A stretch of 47,910 nt of DNA from an uncultured Thermococci archaeon (GTDB lineage: Archaea > CAYQAE01 > CAYVLA01), in the NCBI GenBank assembly GCA_964549615.1, contig CAZJVP010000084.1, positions 1-47,910 of the forward strand, written 5' to 3'. Shown here piece by piece: positions 7,558-17,081 of this stretch. Within the stretch, counting starts at the first letter, position 1. The number at the start of each line of letters is the position of its first letter. The position numbers were made by a program, and so were the translations under genes. Below the pieces are notes generated by a model. It was not told the DNA's origin, did not search any database, and worked only from the letters and a program-made list of their open reading frames with translations.

Positions 7558-8920
7558 CGACAGCCTCTTCCCGTCCGGCGAGTTGCATCCCTATCTCCTT
7601 ATCGAGTGCGCGGAGGAACTCTTCTTGACATCCTCTCGGCACCCGGGCACCCGCTGCGACGTCATGCCCGCCGCCCACCCCTCCGAACCTCTCAGCTACC
7701 CTTGAGAGAGCTCTCCCAAGGTCCAAGCCCTTCTTCACGAGCTGAGGGTTGGCCCGTGCAGAGACCTTGATGTGCTGCCCCTCAGCATTCAGGGCAAATA
7801 CGGGTGCATCCTGGCGCGCAAAGCCCGCGTTGGCGTAGATGGTGCTGAGCTTGCCCGAATACTCGGTCCAACCTTCTAAGACCAGGTACTCTATGTTGGG
7901 CATTCGCACGGCCCGTTTGAAGAGCCTCACGCCCTCGAAGATCTTCTCCTTGTAGCAAAGCCGGCACCCCTCGGCCTCAGCCAATGCCCCAGGCTCGCCA
8001 ACGAGCAGGGAGAAGCCGACCGAGTACCTCTTCAGCGCGGCGCAGGACTCCAAGTAGTCGACCAGATCCTCGATCGTCGGGACCGCGGCGCGGGGCAGGC
8101 GGAGAGTGGAACCGAAGAGTTTCTCCGCCTCGAAGGTCGAGGCGTTTGCTCTCACCATCCTTTCTACGATCCCAGAGATCAGCATCCTCTCCTTGTCAGC
8201 GTCAAGTTGGCTTATCGTGAGCGTGGGATCGGTGGCGAGGCCGACCTCCTTCAGGAATTCCCTGACGGCATCCGGGTCGCCTGCCAGGTCCCTTATGAAA
8301 GGCGAGGTGGAGTATCGGATGGAGTACTCGATTGGACGGTCGACCCTTCCTATGAGCCTTATTTCTTTTCTTCTCTTGACCAATCCGGTGGATTCGGCCT
8401 CGGTCAAGATGCGTTCGTTTGGGCCCTCGATGCTCTGCATGTCGCCATACGCACCGCAGATCGCGATGAGGGCAAGCGCCGTGCTGTCTCCGTCCAGGGC
8501 CCTCGAAACCAGGTACGCGCATCCGGATGCGCTGATCTCCCTTGCCCCATTGATCCCGAAGGCCCACGGATTCACAAGCTGATCGTCCCGCTCCTCGCTT
8601 GGATGGTGGTCGAGGACGAGATAGGGAACCCTCGATTTCCTGAGGACGGGTACCAGGTCGCTTCCCATGTCGCACAGCATCAGGAACTCCGGCCGCCCGG
8701 ATAACAACTTGGCGAGTTCATCCTCGTAGAGATGGCCCGAGAAGCTGAGGTGGGCCGATCCTCCCAGTGCCCTCACGGTAAGGAAGGCTATGGTACCTGA
8801 GCATATCCCGTCCACGTCGTCGTGGGCCCGGATGGTGATCAGCTTTCCCGAGGAGGTAGCGGACCCGAGTGCAGCAGCGGCCTTGGAAACTCCCTCGAGG
8901 AGTTCCTCCAGATCGCTCAT
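7550..8920 (-). CDS. RecJ-like DHH/DHHA1 phosphoesterase
   Basis: HDDVDG, DMGS, LDHH, GAYGDMQ, C-terminal GGGHDVAAG; directly downstream of uS15. Confidence 0.9.
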   Translation of the reverse strand: MSDLEELLEGVSKAAAALGSATSSGKLITIRAHDDVDGICSGTIAFLTVRALGGSAHLSFSGHLYEDELAKLLSGRPEFLMLCDMGSDLVPVLRKSRVPYLVLDHHPSEERDDQLVNPWAFGINGAREISASGCAYLVSRALDGDSTALALIAICGAYGDMQSIEGPNERILTEAESTGLVKRRKEIRLIGRVDRPIEYSIRYSTSPFIRDLAGDPDAVREFLKEVGLATDPTLTISQLDADKERMLISGIVERMVRANASTFEAEKLFGSTLRLPRAAVPTIEDLVDYLESCAALKRYSVGFSLLVGEPGALAEAEGCRLCYKEKIFEGVRLFKRAVRMPNIEYLVLEGWTEYSGKLSTIYANAGFARQDAPVFALNAEGQHIKVSARANPQLVKKGLDLGRALSRVAERFGGVGGGHDVAAGARVPRGCQEEFLRALDKEIGMQLAGREEAVDG

Positions 8921-8921
8921 T

Positions 8922-9377
8922 CTACCCAACCAGCAGGGCGGCCTTCTCCGGGTCGTATTTCCAGTCCTTTGGCACCCTGCCTGCCTTCCAGTAGTAGTTC
9001 TGGAGACGCCTGATCTTGGCCTCTATCAGGTCGAGGCCCCTCATTGCCCCGAAATCCTTGGGGTTGTTGTTGAGGTGGTCCCTGAGGTTAACCGCTCTCT
9101 TCATCAGCGAGAGGAAATCCTCCGGAAAATCCTCCTTTATCCCCTTCTCTCGAAGCAGAACGCCGAGCTTCTTCCCGGTCAGAAGCTGAATGCCGGGTAC
9201 GCCGTACTGATCCCGTAAGGTGATCCCGATCTGACTCTTGGTCATGCCCTCCTTTCTCAGCCGCAGAACGATCTCCTCGATCTCCTCCGGGGAGTAGGCG
9301 ATCCAGTAGGGGGCGGATGTCCTTACTGGGGGCTTGGATCGAGATGAGCCTCTCCTGCGCGAGTGAATTCTTGCCAA
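8922..9377 (-). CDS. rps15: 30S ribosomal protein uS15 (S15P/S13e)
   Basis: TTG start (M)ARIHSRRRGSSRSKPP; IGITLRDQYGVP; EAKIRRLQNYY. Confidence 0.96.
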   Translation of the reverse strand: MARIHSRRRGSSRSKPPVRTSAPYWIAYSPEEIEEIVLRLRKEGMTKSQIGITLRDQYGVPGIQLLTGKKLGVLLREKGIKEDFPEDFLSLMKRAVNLRDHLNNNPKDFGAMRGLDLIEAKIRRLQNYYWKAGRVPKDWKYDPEKAALLVG

Positions 9378-9388
9378 TTTGAAGCCTT

Positions 9389-9934
9389 CTAACTTTCTGC
9401 TGCCAAGGTTCTGAAAAATATTTCCGCACTGCGCGCACGGTGTGAGATCTCGTTCTTTCTTGGTCCCATTTCGGCAAATGTGCACTCCTCTCCGTTGGGT
9501 ATGAAAATGGGATCGAACCCAAAGCCCGCGCTGCCCCGTGGCGTGGGCGCAATCGTGCCATCCACCCTGCCCTTGAAGATGCGGTAGCTTCCATCATAAT
9601 GGCAGATCACCGAGAGAAAGAACGCCGATCTGTCCTGCTTGTCCCTCAGGAGGGACAGGATCCCTTCATTTCCTATGGTCGAGTGGGCATATGATGAGTA
9701 GGGACCCGGGAACCCGCGGAGGGCGTTGACGAATAGCCCAGCATCCTCGACGAAAAACCCCTTCCCAAGCTCCGGCGCGCAGGATCTTGCGCTATTGATG
9801 GCGATCTCCTCAAGGTCGTCGGATTGGATCTCGGGGAGGGCCCGGCGAACCAACTGGATCGTGAGGCCGAACCTGGAAGCCAGCGTGTGGAACTCCTCGA
9901 ACTTGTGTCGATTGGATGTAACGAATCTTAGCAT
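9389..9934 (-). CDS. rdgB: Non-canonical purine NTP pyrophosphatase (RdgB/HAM1)
   Basis: TSNRHKFEE, EDAGL, GFPGPYS, GFGFDPIF, KNEISHR. Confidence 0.94.
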   Translation of the reverse strand: MLRFVTSNRHKFEEFHTLASRFGLTIQLVRRALPEIQSDDLEEIAINSARSCAPELGKGFFVEDAGLFVNALRGFPGPYSSYAHSTIGNEGILSLLRDKQDRSAFFLSVICHYDGSYRIFKGRVDGTIAPTPRGSAGFGFDPIFIPNGEECTFAEMGPRKNEISHRARSAEIFFRTLAAES

Positions 9935-10100
9935 AAACCGGGAGTGCCCTCGTTAGCTTATATGGATATTCCGCCCCTCGGCCCTCCCCATGGGCCATGG
10001 CACCATGAGAGCCGAATGCCGAAAATATTTATCAGACCGCCAAAGGCCCGATCGTCAGACTAAGTCCATTGGACGCCCTCTTCAGGGGTGACACGCCACC

Positions 10101-10901
10101 TTGCCAAAGAAGACCCGTGACATGTACAAGGAGAAGAGATGGTATACGGTATGCGCTCCCGCCTTATTCGGCAACTGCGAAATCGGGGAGACATTTGCGT
10201 TCGGCCCCGATGACTTGAAAGGCCGCACAATCGAGACTACACTGCGGGACGTCACGGGCGACTTCACACAGCAGCATGTGAAGCTCTACTTCCAGATCGG
10301 CGAGGCGAGGGGCGACAAGGCCTACACGGACTTCATTGGCCACGACTTGACCAGGGACTATGTGAGGATGCATGTTCGGCGCGGCACGACGAGAGTTGAC
10401 GCGATAACAGATGTGACGACGGCCGACGGCTACAAGATCCGGGTCCGGGCGCTGGCATTCACGCTTCAGAGGGTTGCGACCTCCCAGGCCAAGGCCATAA
10501 GGGCAGCGATGGTGAAGGTCATACGGGCTGCGTCCGAAAACAGCAGCTTCTCGGGGTTCGTTCACATGATGATCCTGGGGAAGCTCTCGGCCGACATCCA
10601 CAAGCAGGTCAAGCTGATCTATCCGATTAAGAAGATCGAAATAATGAAGAGCAAGATCATGTACGCGCCCCCCGAGGCCAAGCAGCCGCAGGCGCCCGTT
10701 GGCGCTGAGCCGGAGGCCAAGCCTGCCGAGATTCTTCCAGCCGAGGAGCCAGCACAGCAGGCAGAAGCTGCTGAGCAGGCGACTGCTGAACAAGCGCCCG
10801 TCGGTGAGTCGTCCCAACCCTCCCATGAGGCGGGCGAGGCAAAGGAGCCAGAAAGCGAGGAAGGGGCCCCTGGACAGGAACCCGGGGTCTCAGAGGGTTA
10901 G
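10101..10901 (+). CDS. rps3ae: 30S ribosomal protein eS1 (S3Ae) with an acidic low-complexity C-tail
   Basis: KRWYTVCAPALFG, GRTIETTLRDVTGDF, IYPIKKIEIMKSK; GGGGTGA SD before TTG. Confidence 0.95.
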   Translation: MPKKTRDMYKEKRWYTVCAPALFGNCEIGETFAFGPDDLKGRTIETTLRDVTGDFTQQHVKLYFQIGEARGDKAYTDFIGHDLTRDYVRMHVRRGTTRVDAITDVTTADGYKIRVRALAFTLQRVATSQAKAIRAAMVKVIRAASENSSFSGFVHMMILGKLSADIHKQVKLIYPIKKIEIMKSKIMYAPPEAKQPQAPVGAEPEAKPAEILPAEEPAQQAEAAEQATAEQAPVGESSQPSHEAGEAKEPESEEGAPGQEPGVSEG

Positions 10902-12283
10902 TTCACCCCTCGTTGGAGCGGTTTGTACAGGTGCCTCCATGCCACCTGGGGCGGCTCGTAGAAGCCGGTGGCAATCGATCTTTCCAGCGGCATCATTACC
11001 TTCGTCATCTTTGAATCCTTAAACCCGCATCCCGGCTTCCGGCACCTGTAACCCGCCGAGCTTCCCATGGATGTTAGGGTTGAGCCGCACCGAGGGCACC
11101 TAGGGTTCGTGCTGATAGCCTTGACCAAAGACAATACTTGGATCTTCTCGAGGTTGATGGTCGGGCCGTGGGACGAGCTTGCCGGTCTGACCGATCCGTA
11201 GGCCCGAATGACATCCCCTTCGCGCAGCTGCCTTACTACTTGCCTGAACTGCTTCGTCGGTTCGTAGGCCGCGCAGTCTATCTCGCCCGTGGCGTCGCGA
11301 ATCCTGAAGATCACATGGCCGCCCTTGATGGTCCTCGGCCCCTGAACGACAATGCCGCACGCGGCAACCCCCGAGCGTGGCAACACGGATGCCAGCTCTT
11401 GAACGCTCTCTATGTGAGCATCGGTGTGCTGGTTTGTCCGAAAGGTTACTGCCGCCGGTGCCTTAGCACAGTCAAGGATCTTGTATGCTCTCTGCGACCC
11501 GTAGGGCGTCTCGGCCCTCACTCCAAAGTGTACAGGGCATGGTGAAGCGGGCACGATACAGACCCTATCGTTGAGGTAGTCATAGTTGTAGAAGGTGTCT
11601 TTCACCTCCCTGTCTACCCTCAACACCAACGACTTGTCGATTTCCCTTGAACTTGTCCGGTTGTTGGGATCTCTGTACGCGATGGTCTCAAAGGTCTGAT
11701 CGCCGGTGAAGTCGACGCCCAGCGCTGCCACTGCTCCGATCAGACCATACCCCTCCTTGAAGCTGGATGTCATTATGTTGGCGGACTCCGCGACCCTCAT
11801 GGCTTCGTCCTTGGACACAATCCTGTGCAAGCATCTGTGGTAGAACGACCTTACGTCGGGTGGGATGTTCGCTCCACGCAACAATGCGATTCCGGGATGG
11901 GTCATATCGTCTTGGAGCACGGCGTGCTTTGCCACGACCTTTCTGCAGACTTCCATCACCTCGCTTGCAGCGCCCTTCTCTACGAACATTCGAAGGCACA
12001 GCGCGCCGTTTCCCCTGGTCTTGTTTGGAACGGAAGGATTGAGCCTCACGAGGTTAGGAAAGTCCCAGAGTCCGAAGTCCGAGCCCGCCTCGCTGAGAGC
12101 CCGGATGATGAGGACGGAAAGGTAGGTCGTGCACATCCCGAGGGTCCTAGAGTCGGTGTCGTCCACCCCCAGAGAGACGATCTCCGCGCCTTCCGGCGGA
12201 CGCGTTATGGCCATTTTCGGCTCGCCATGCTCAAAGTATAGCGGCGCATGCTCATATGGCAATTCGGAGCCCGCAGCACCCAT
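10898..12283 (-). CDS. tiaS: tRNA(Ile2) agmatinylcytidine synthetase
   Basis: GVDDTDS..GMCTTY, LVRLNPSVPNKTRGNG, TNQHTDAH, OB fold (CAAYEPTKQFR), CPRC...CRKPGC Zn ribbon, RHLYKP. Confidence 0.94.
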   Translation of the reverse strand: MGAAGSELPYEHAPLYFEHGEPKMAITRPPEGAEIVSLGVDDTDSRTLGMCTTYLSVLIIRALSEAGSDFGLWDFPNLVRLNPSVPNKTRGNGALCLRMFVEKGAASEVMEVCRKVVAKHAVLQDDMTHPGIALLRGANIPPDVRSFYHRCLHRIVSKDEAMRVAESANIMTSSFKEGYGLIGAVAALGVDFTGDQTFETIAYRDPNNRTSSREIDKSLVLRVDREVKDTFYNYDYLNDRVCIVPASPCPVHFGVRAETPYGSQRAYKILDCAKAPAAVTFRTNQHTDAHIESVQELASVLPRSGVAACGIVVQGPRTIKGGHVIFRIRDATGEIDCAAYEPTKQFRQVVRQLREGDVIRAYGSVRPASSSHGPTINLEKIQVLSLVKAISTNPRCPRCGSTLTSMGSSAGYRCRKPGCGFKDSKMTKVMMPLERSIATGFYEPPQVAWRHLYKPLQRGVN

Positions 12284-12358
12284 GGATTCTCACTTCAAGG
12301 GCTGCAAAGTCCCTGATTCTGAGAAAACTTTAAATATCTCATTAGATCTTGGTAGAAT

Positions 12359-13294
12359 GTGCGGAAGGAGCAGATCGTCTCCGAGGTCGCGCAGACACTG
12401 CAAGAGGCGGATTTCGAGGTCAGCCGGGTTCTTCCCTACGGCTACTACTGCTTTGACATCGCTGCTAGGAAAGATCTTGTTCTCCTGCTGAAGATCCTCG
12501 TGAACGTAGACAGCATCGAGGCATCTCAGGCCGAACAGCTCAAGCGACTTTGTTATCTCGTCTCGGGCTATCCTCTGCTCATCGGGGACAGAACACGCAC
12601 CGAGCGGATCGAAAACGACGTCGTGCACGAAAGATACAACCTGCCGGCCATCAATCCCGAGACCCTCAAGATGCTGATCCAGAACGCCGCGCTTCCCCTG
12701 ATATTCAGCACCAAGGGGGGCTACTACGTCCGGATCAATGGCGACGCCCTGCGCGCGGAAAGGGAGCGCAGGGGCCTTTCCCTCGGCCAACTCGCCGAGA
12801 TGGTTGGGGTGACGAGGGAATCGATATACGCTTACGAACATGGCGGGAACGCGACGGTCGAGACCGCGATGGCATTGGCGGAGAAGCTGGGCGTGGATGT
12901 GGTACGCCCAGTGCAGGTTCTCAGGAAGATCGAGATGAGCATATCCCCGGGCGGTGAGATCGCCAATGAGCTCGTTGGGCAACTGGTCAAGAAGCTCACC
13001 CTTCTCGGCTTTCGGGTTTTCACCACCCCAAGGACTCCCTTCCACCTTATGGCCAAGGAATCTGAAGAGAGGTTGCTCGCGACTGCCTTCGAGCGGTACA
13101 GGCACATCATGGAGCATGTCGACGTCATCTCCGGGCTATCGCGCGTCATGGACATAACGACATTCTTGGTTAGCCAAGAGAAACAGGGGGCCGAGAACCT
13201 CCGCGGCATCCCGATCATCCGGGAGGACGAGCTGGCCGAGATCGAAAACAGATCCGACCTTTCGGGCATAATCAGAGAGAAGCGCCAGGCCTAG
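12359..13294 (+). CDS. Archaeal HTH (XRE-type) transcriptional regulator of the family commonly next to tiaS
   Basis: CFDIAARK..LLLKILVNVD; central HTH (RERRGLSLGQLAEMVGVTRESIYAYE). Confidence 0.88.
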   Translation: MRKEQIVSEVAQTLQEADFEVSRVLPYGYYCFDIAARKDLVLLLKILVNVDSIEASQAEQLKRLCYLVSGYPLLIGDRTRTERIENDVVHERYNLPAINPETLKMLIQNAALPLIFSTKGGYYVRINGDALRAERERRGLSLGQLAEMVGVTRESIYAYEHGGNATVETAMALAEKLGVDVVRPVQVLRKIEMSISPGGEIANELVGQLVKKLTLLGFRVFTTPRTPFHLMAKESEERLLATAFERYRHIMEHVDVISGLSRVMDITTFLVSQEKQGAENLRGIPIIREDELAEIENRSDLSGIIREKRQA

Positions 13295-13836
13295 AGATCG
13301 GGGAAGATCTCGCCCCGCCTTATTATCGAGACCCCGGAGAACTTGCCCAGCACCTCAATCCTAACCTCGAAATCGGGACGCCCTAGGTCAACCCTGTTGC
13401 AAAAGAGGTTGGCGATCGCGGCTATCAGCTCGCCCCGATCGAGCTTTGCTCCCCTTCTTCTGATTCTGACCCTAAACGACTCCTCCGTCGCAGGTGAAGC
13501 ACGGAGGCTCAACTCCTTAACGGCCTCCACGATCTTCCCCGGATCGGTCGGGACGACCGTGTCGATCGGCACGACCCTCTTGATCAGCTCGTTGTACCAC
13601 GGCCTCTCCTCGAGCATGCGGATTATGTGCCGAACGATGTCCCTGCTCGACTTCGTTGAATAGCCCTTCAGAAGTCCGGAGAAACCGCTCGTGGCAGCGC
13701 GCAAGCCCGGGTCAAAGCCGGCGACGATCTCTCTCAGGGCTGAGATGCACTGCCGCTCAAGCCCCCGGCCGGTTGACACGAGCAGAGTGAAGGCCTGTTC
13801 GTTGGCGTGCACACCGGGGCGCCGGCTTTCTGACAT
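13291..13836 (-). CDS. THUMP-domain RNA-binding protein
   Basis: LLVSTGRGLE, KRVVPID, SFRVRIRRRG, VDLGRPDFEVRIEV. Confidence 0.85.
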   Translation of the reverse strand: MSESRRPGVHANEQAFTLLVSTGRGLERQCISALREIVAGFDPGLRAATSGFSGLLKGYSTKSSRDIVRHIIRMLEERPWYNELIKRVVPIDTVVPTDPGKIVEAVKELSLRASPATEESFRVRIRRRGAKLDRGELIAAIANLFCNRVDLGRPDFEVRIEVLGKFSGVSIIRRGEIFPDL

Positions 13837-13905
13837 ATAATGATTCCCGAGGCGCAAGGAAAACGGAAAACCATCGCAAGCCAACGCATATTTATCGGAG
13901 GCGGG

Positions 13906-15417
13906 ATGAGCAGGAGGTGGATCGTCTTGAACTGGGTCACCGCGCTTGAGGCAGCGGCCATAGACCGGAATGCGCAGCACATCGGGCTCGAGCCCGCGGT
14001 GTTGATGGAGAACGCGGGGATGCAGGTTGCCCTCGAGATACGTAGGCGGAAACGGCCCGGTTCGGTCGCGGTGCTTTGCGGGCCTGGGAACAATGGTGGC
14101 GATGGGTTCGTTGTCGCGAGACATCTGAGCAACGCGGGCTGGAAGGTCACGGTCATTGAGACGCGGGAGCCTACAACCCCCGAGGCGAAGAGGAACCGCG
14201 ATATTGCCCGCAGAATGAGTGGAATCAACTTCATCCCCATAAGCGACTCAAGCCAGGCCAAGGAAAGGAGCTTCCTGAGAGTCCTCAGGAGGCAGGACGT
14301 GCTGGTCGATGCCCTCTTGGGGACCGGGTCCAGGGGTGCACCGCGAGAACCCATCGCATCCATCATCTCGGCCGCCGCGGGCGCCAAGGCGTTCAAGGTC
14401 GCTGTGGACCTTCCCTCGGGTCTGGATGCCGACACGGGGGAACACGAGGGCGAGGTCTTCAAGAGCGACCTCACGATCACGTTCCACGCACCGAAGAAGG
14501 GATTTGCCAAGGCAAAGGAGCTTGTGGGCGAACTGGTGATCGCAGACATAGGCATACCCAAGGAGGCCGAGACCCTCGCAGGGCCCGGAGATCTGCTGTT
14601 CGTGCGGGACAGGAGGAGCCCCAACTCACACAAAGGGGATAACGGGGTTCTCCTGGTCCTGGGCGGAAGCAAGGATTACCACGGTGCCCCGGCCATCTGC
14701 GGCATGGCGGCGTTGAGGACGGGCATCGACTTGGCATACGTCGTCGTCCCGGGGCCCATCAAGGATATCGTTGCCAAGCACTCCCCCGCACTGGTGTGTA
14801 GATCCTACGAGGAAGACTACCTTCAACCCTCATCCCTGCCGGCAGTCTTGGATCTTGCGGCCAAGTGCGATGCCGTGTGTTTGGGGCCCGGGCTGGGCCG
14901 CGAGGAAGAGACCCGGCAAGCCGTTGCGACGCTCGTAGATGCGCTGCGCGAGAAGCCGCTCGTGCTGGACGCTGACGGGCTGAGGCCATTCAAAGGCAGG
15001 ACCGACGCACTCGGGCCGTCCACCGTGGTGACACCGCACGCCGGCGAGTTCAAATGGCTGACGGGAAAAGAGCTGCCCTTTGATCTGGATCAGAGGACGA
15101 AGATGATATTGGAGGAAGCATCGAAGGCGCGATGCACTTGGGCCGTGAAAGGCCGCTTCGACATCATAACCGACGGCGTGCGTTGCAAGGTGAACGAGAC
15201 CGGATCACCGTGCATGACCGTCGGAGGCACGGGTGATTGTCTCACCGGGATCATAGGAGGGCTTTTGGCGCGCCACAATGACCCGTACAGGTCGGCGGTT
15301 GCTGGCTGTTTCGTCTCCGGCAAGGCGGGCGAGATTGCCGCCGAGAAAAAGGGATGCCACATCTTGCCGACGGACGTGGTTGAGGAGATCCCGGGCGTAT
15401 TCCAGAGATATGGATAA
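13906..15417 (+). CDS. nnr: Bifunctional NAD(P)H-hydrate epimerase/dehydratase (NnrE-NnrD)
   Basis: LMENAG, GPGNNGGDG, DALLGTG, AVDLPSG, HKGDNG, GPGLG, DADGL, TPHAGEF, GGTGD. Alternative start TTG 13927 with GGAGGTG SD. Confidence 0.94.
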   Translation: MSRRWIVLNWVTALEAAAIDRNAQHIGLEPAVLMENAGMQVALEIRRRKRPGSVAVLCGPGNNGGDGFVVARHLSNAGWKVTVIETREPTTPEAKRNRDIARRMSGINFIPISDSSQAKERSFLRVLRRQDVLVDALLGTGSRGAPREPIASIISAAAGAKAFKVAVDLPSGLDADTGEHEGEVFKSDLTITFHAPKKGFAKAKELVGELVIADIGIPKEAETLAGPGDLLFVRDRRSPNSHKGDNGVLLVLGGSKDYHGAPAICGMAALRTGIDLAYVVVPGPIKDIVAKHSPALVCRSYEEDYLQPSSLPAVLDLAAKCDAVCLGPGLGREEETRQAVATLVDALREKPLVLDADGLRPFKGRTDALGPSTVVTPHAGEFKWLTGKELPFDLDQRTKMILEEASKARCTWAVKGRFDIITDGVRCKVNETGSPCMTVGGTGDCLTGIIGGLLARHNDPYRSAVAGCFVSGKAGEIAAEKKGCHILPTDVVEEIPGVFQRYG

Positions 15418-15561
15418 GGCGGTTTTGGAGGGGCGGCGATTCGGCCCTCAACGGATCTGGGTTGACGTCGTAGACCGTACCGTGCTTGCTTTCGCTGGCT
15501 CTGATCCATTGCGCAATATTTAAGAAAGGCCGGGCCGGGTCGCGTAGGCGGTGACGGGGCA

Positions 15562-15783
15562 TTGATAGAGATCGTCGTCAACTTCATGGGACTCTTCGGC
15601 ATCTTTCTTGCTGGCTTCGGGATCCTGACGGTTGCTCTCAAGGCCGCGAAGTTCGCCGGCAAGATACTCAATATGTACAAGCCGTCGGACGTAAGCTGGG
15701 CTTTCGCTATCCTGGTCCTAGTTCTCGGCGTGGTGCTGGTGGTCGTCGCTCAGTACCTCGCCAAGAAGATCGAGATGGTGTAG
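15562..15783 (+). CDS. Small 2-TM membrane protein
   Basis: Two hydrophobic helices; ATTTAAG TATA-like motif and GGTGA upstream. Confidence 0.6.
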   Translation: MIEIVVNFMGLFGIFLAGFGILTVALKAAKFAGKILNMYKPSDVSWAFAILVLVLGVVLVVVAQYLAKKIEMV

Positions 15784-15784
15784 T

Positions 15785-16015
15785 CTATCTGATGCATATC
15801 ATGGTCGAGGTGAACTGTACCTCCTCCATCCTGCGCACCTTCTCGGTGACGAATGAGTCTAGGTCTTTGAGGGTTTTGACGCTGATCAGAGCTATGACGT
15901 CGTACTCTCCATAGACGGCCCACGCGTTCTCCACTTCGTCCAAGCCCTTCAGATGCTGAAGGAGGTTCGTCTCCGCCCCTGGCTTGGTCGTTATGAGGAC
16001 AAAGGCCTTAACCAT
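15785..16015 (-). CDS. Stand-alone Lrp/AsnC ligand-binding (RAM) domain protein
   Basis: MVKAFVLI...VYGEYDVIA...TSTMI, 76 aa, no HTH. Confidence 0.88.
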   Translation of the reverse strand: MVKAFVLITTKPGAETNLLQHLKGLDEVENAWAVYGEYDVIALISVKTLKDLDSFVTEKVRRMEEVQFTSTMICIR

Positions 16016-16198
16016 CCAAGCACCGCCCTTGGTTTTGCGTCCCACAATATAACTTTGCTGCCGAGCGGCGAGCGGAAGGCAATCCGGCACGCCCGCCTCC
16101 AGGGCCCGCGCGCATTGTCATCGTTGCCTTGAGTACCTCGACCATCTCTGAAGCGCATTGGAAACAAATAAGTTCGACCGCCTCATCCGGGGGTACAG

Positions 16199-16501
16199 AT
16201 GAAGAGCGAGAAAGGCAGAATCCTGACCAGGGAGGAGGTAGAACACATCGCCGAGCTTGCAAAAGTCGCTCTCAGCGAGGGGGAGAAGGAGCTCTTCAGA
16301 GAACAGCTTGAGCGAATACTGGAGTACTTCAAGAAGATCGACCAGCTTGACCTCGAAGGGGTAGAGCCAACGACGCACGTGATCGATGTCTACAACGTTT
16401 TCCGAGAGGACGTCGTGAGGGAGTCACTCCCGCCCGAGGACGTCCTTGCCAACGCCCCTCAGAGGGAGGGCAGGTACTTCAAAGCTCCGAGGGTTGGCTA
16501 G
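16199..16501 (+). CDS. gatC: Asp/Glu-tRNA amidotransferase subunit C
   Basis: EEVEHIAELAK, LDLEGVEPT, NVFRED, LANAP...YFKAPRV. Confidence 0.92.
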   Translation: MKSEKGRILTREEVEHIAELAKVALSEGEKELFREQLERILEYFKKIDQLDLEGVEPTTHVIDVYNVFREDVVRESLPPEDVLANAPQREGRYFKAPRVG

Positions 16502-17070
16502 AGCAGGCCAAGCCTCCGTGATATCGCGTACCGAAGATCGGGGATGCCCTGGCCGGTTTTCGCAGATACTGGCAGGATGGTGTCCCGCCACTGTCTCCAG
16601 GGGGGCAGGTACCCCAGCCTATCGCCGATGGCATCCAGGGTTGCATCGACGTCCTGTACCTTGTCGATCTTGTTCGCCACCACGAGTGTGGGTATGCCGA
16701 GTTCTGCCAGGAAATCGTGGAACTCGATATCGACCGGCACCTCGTTGCGCGCCTCCCACCTGGAACATATCTGGAGGAAGGCTTTTGCATCGAGCACCAG
16801 AAGAGCAAGGTCTATGGCCTCCTTGTTCCTCTCCAGGTGCCTTACGATGCCGGTCTTGGCGGCCTCCGAGAAACGCCTGGAAACCCCGCTCATGAATCCA
16901 AACCCAGGCATGTCCACGTACCTGATAACCCCGCTCTCCACGCATGAAGGCCTCTTCGTCACGCCCGGCCGCCTGCCCGAGAGGATTCTCTTGCCGGTGA
17001 GGGCTCGTATCAGGGCGGACTTCCCCACGTTGGACCTTCCCAGAAGGTAGACCGCCTTGAACCCAACCAC
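16498..17070 (-). CDS. engB: EngB/YihA GTP-binding protein
   Basis: GRSNVGKS, RPGVT, DMPGFG, NKID, SAK. Confidence 0.92.
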   Translation of the reverse strand: MVGFKAVYLLGRSNVGKSALIRALTGKRILSGRRPGVTKRPSCVESGVIRYVDMPGFGFMSGVSRRFSEAAKTGIVRHLERNKEAIDLALLVLDAKAFLQICSRWEARNEVPVDIEFHDFLAELGIPTLVVANKIDKVQDVDATLDAIGDRLGYLPPWRQWRDTILPVSAKTGQGIPDLRYAISRRLGLL

Positions 17071-17081
17071 ACTCCGGGAAA

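Noticed and set aside
15455-15510. Possible C/D box sRNA (GGATC...CTGATCC terminal stem)
   Set aside because: A D box is present but there is no acceptable RUGAUGA C box or internal D'/C' pair.
16109-16161. Direct repeat GCGCATTG twice upstream of gatC
   Set aside because: Only two 8-mers; compatible with chance.
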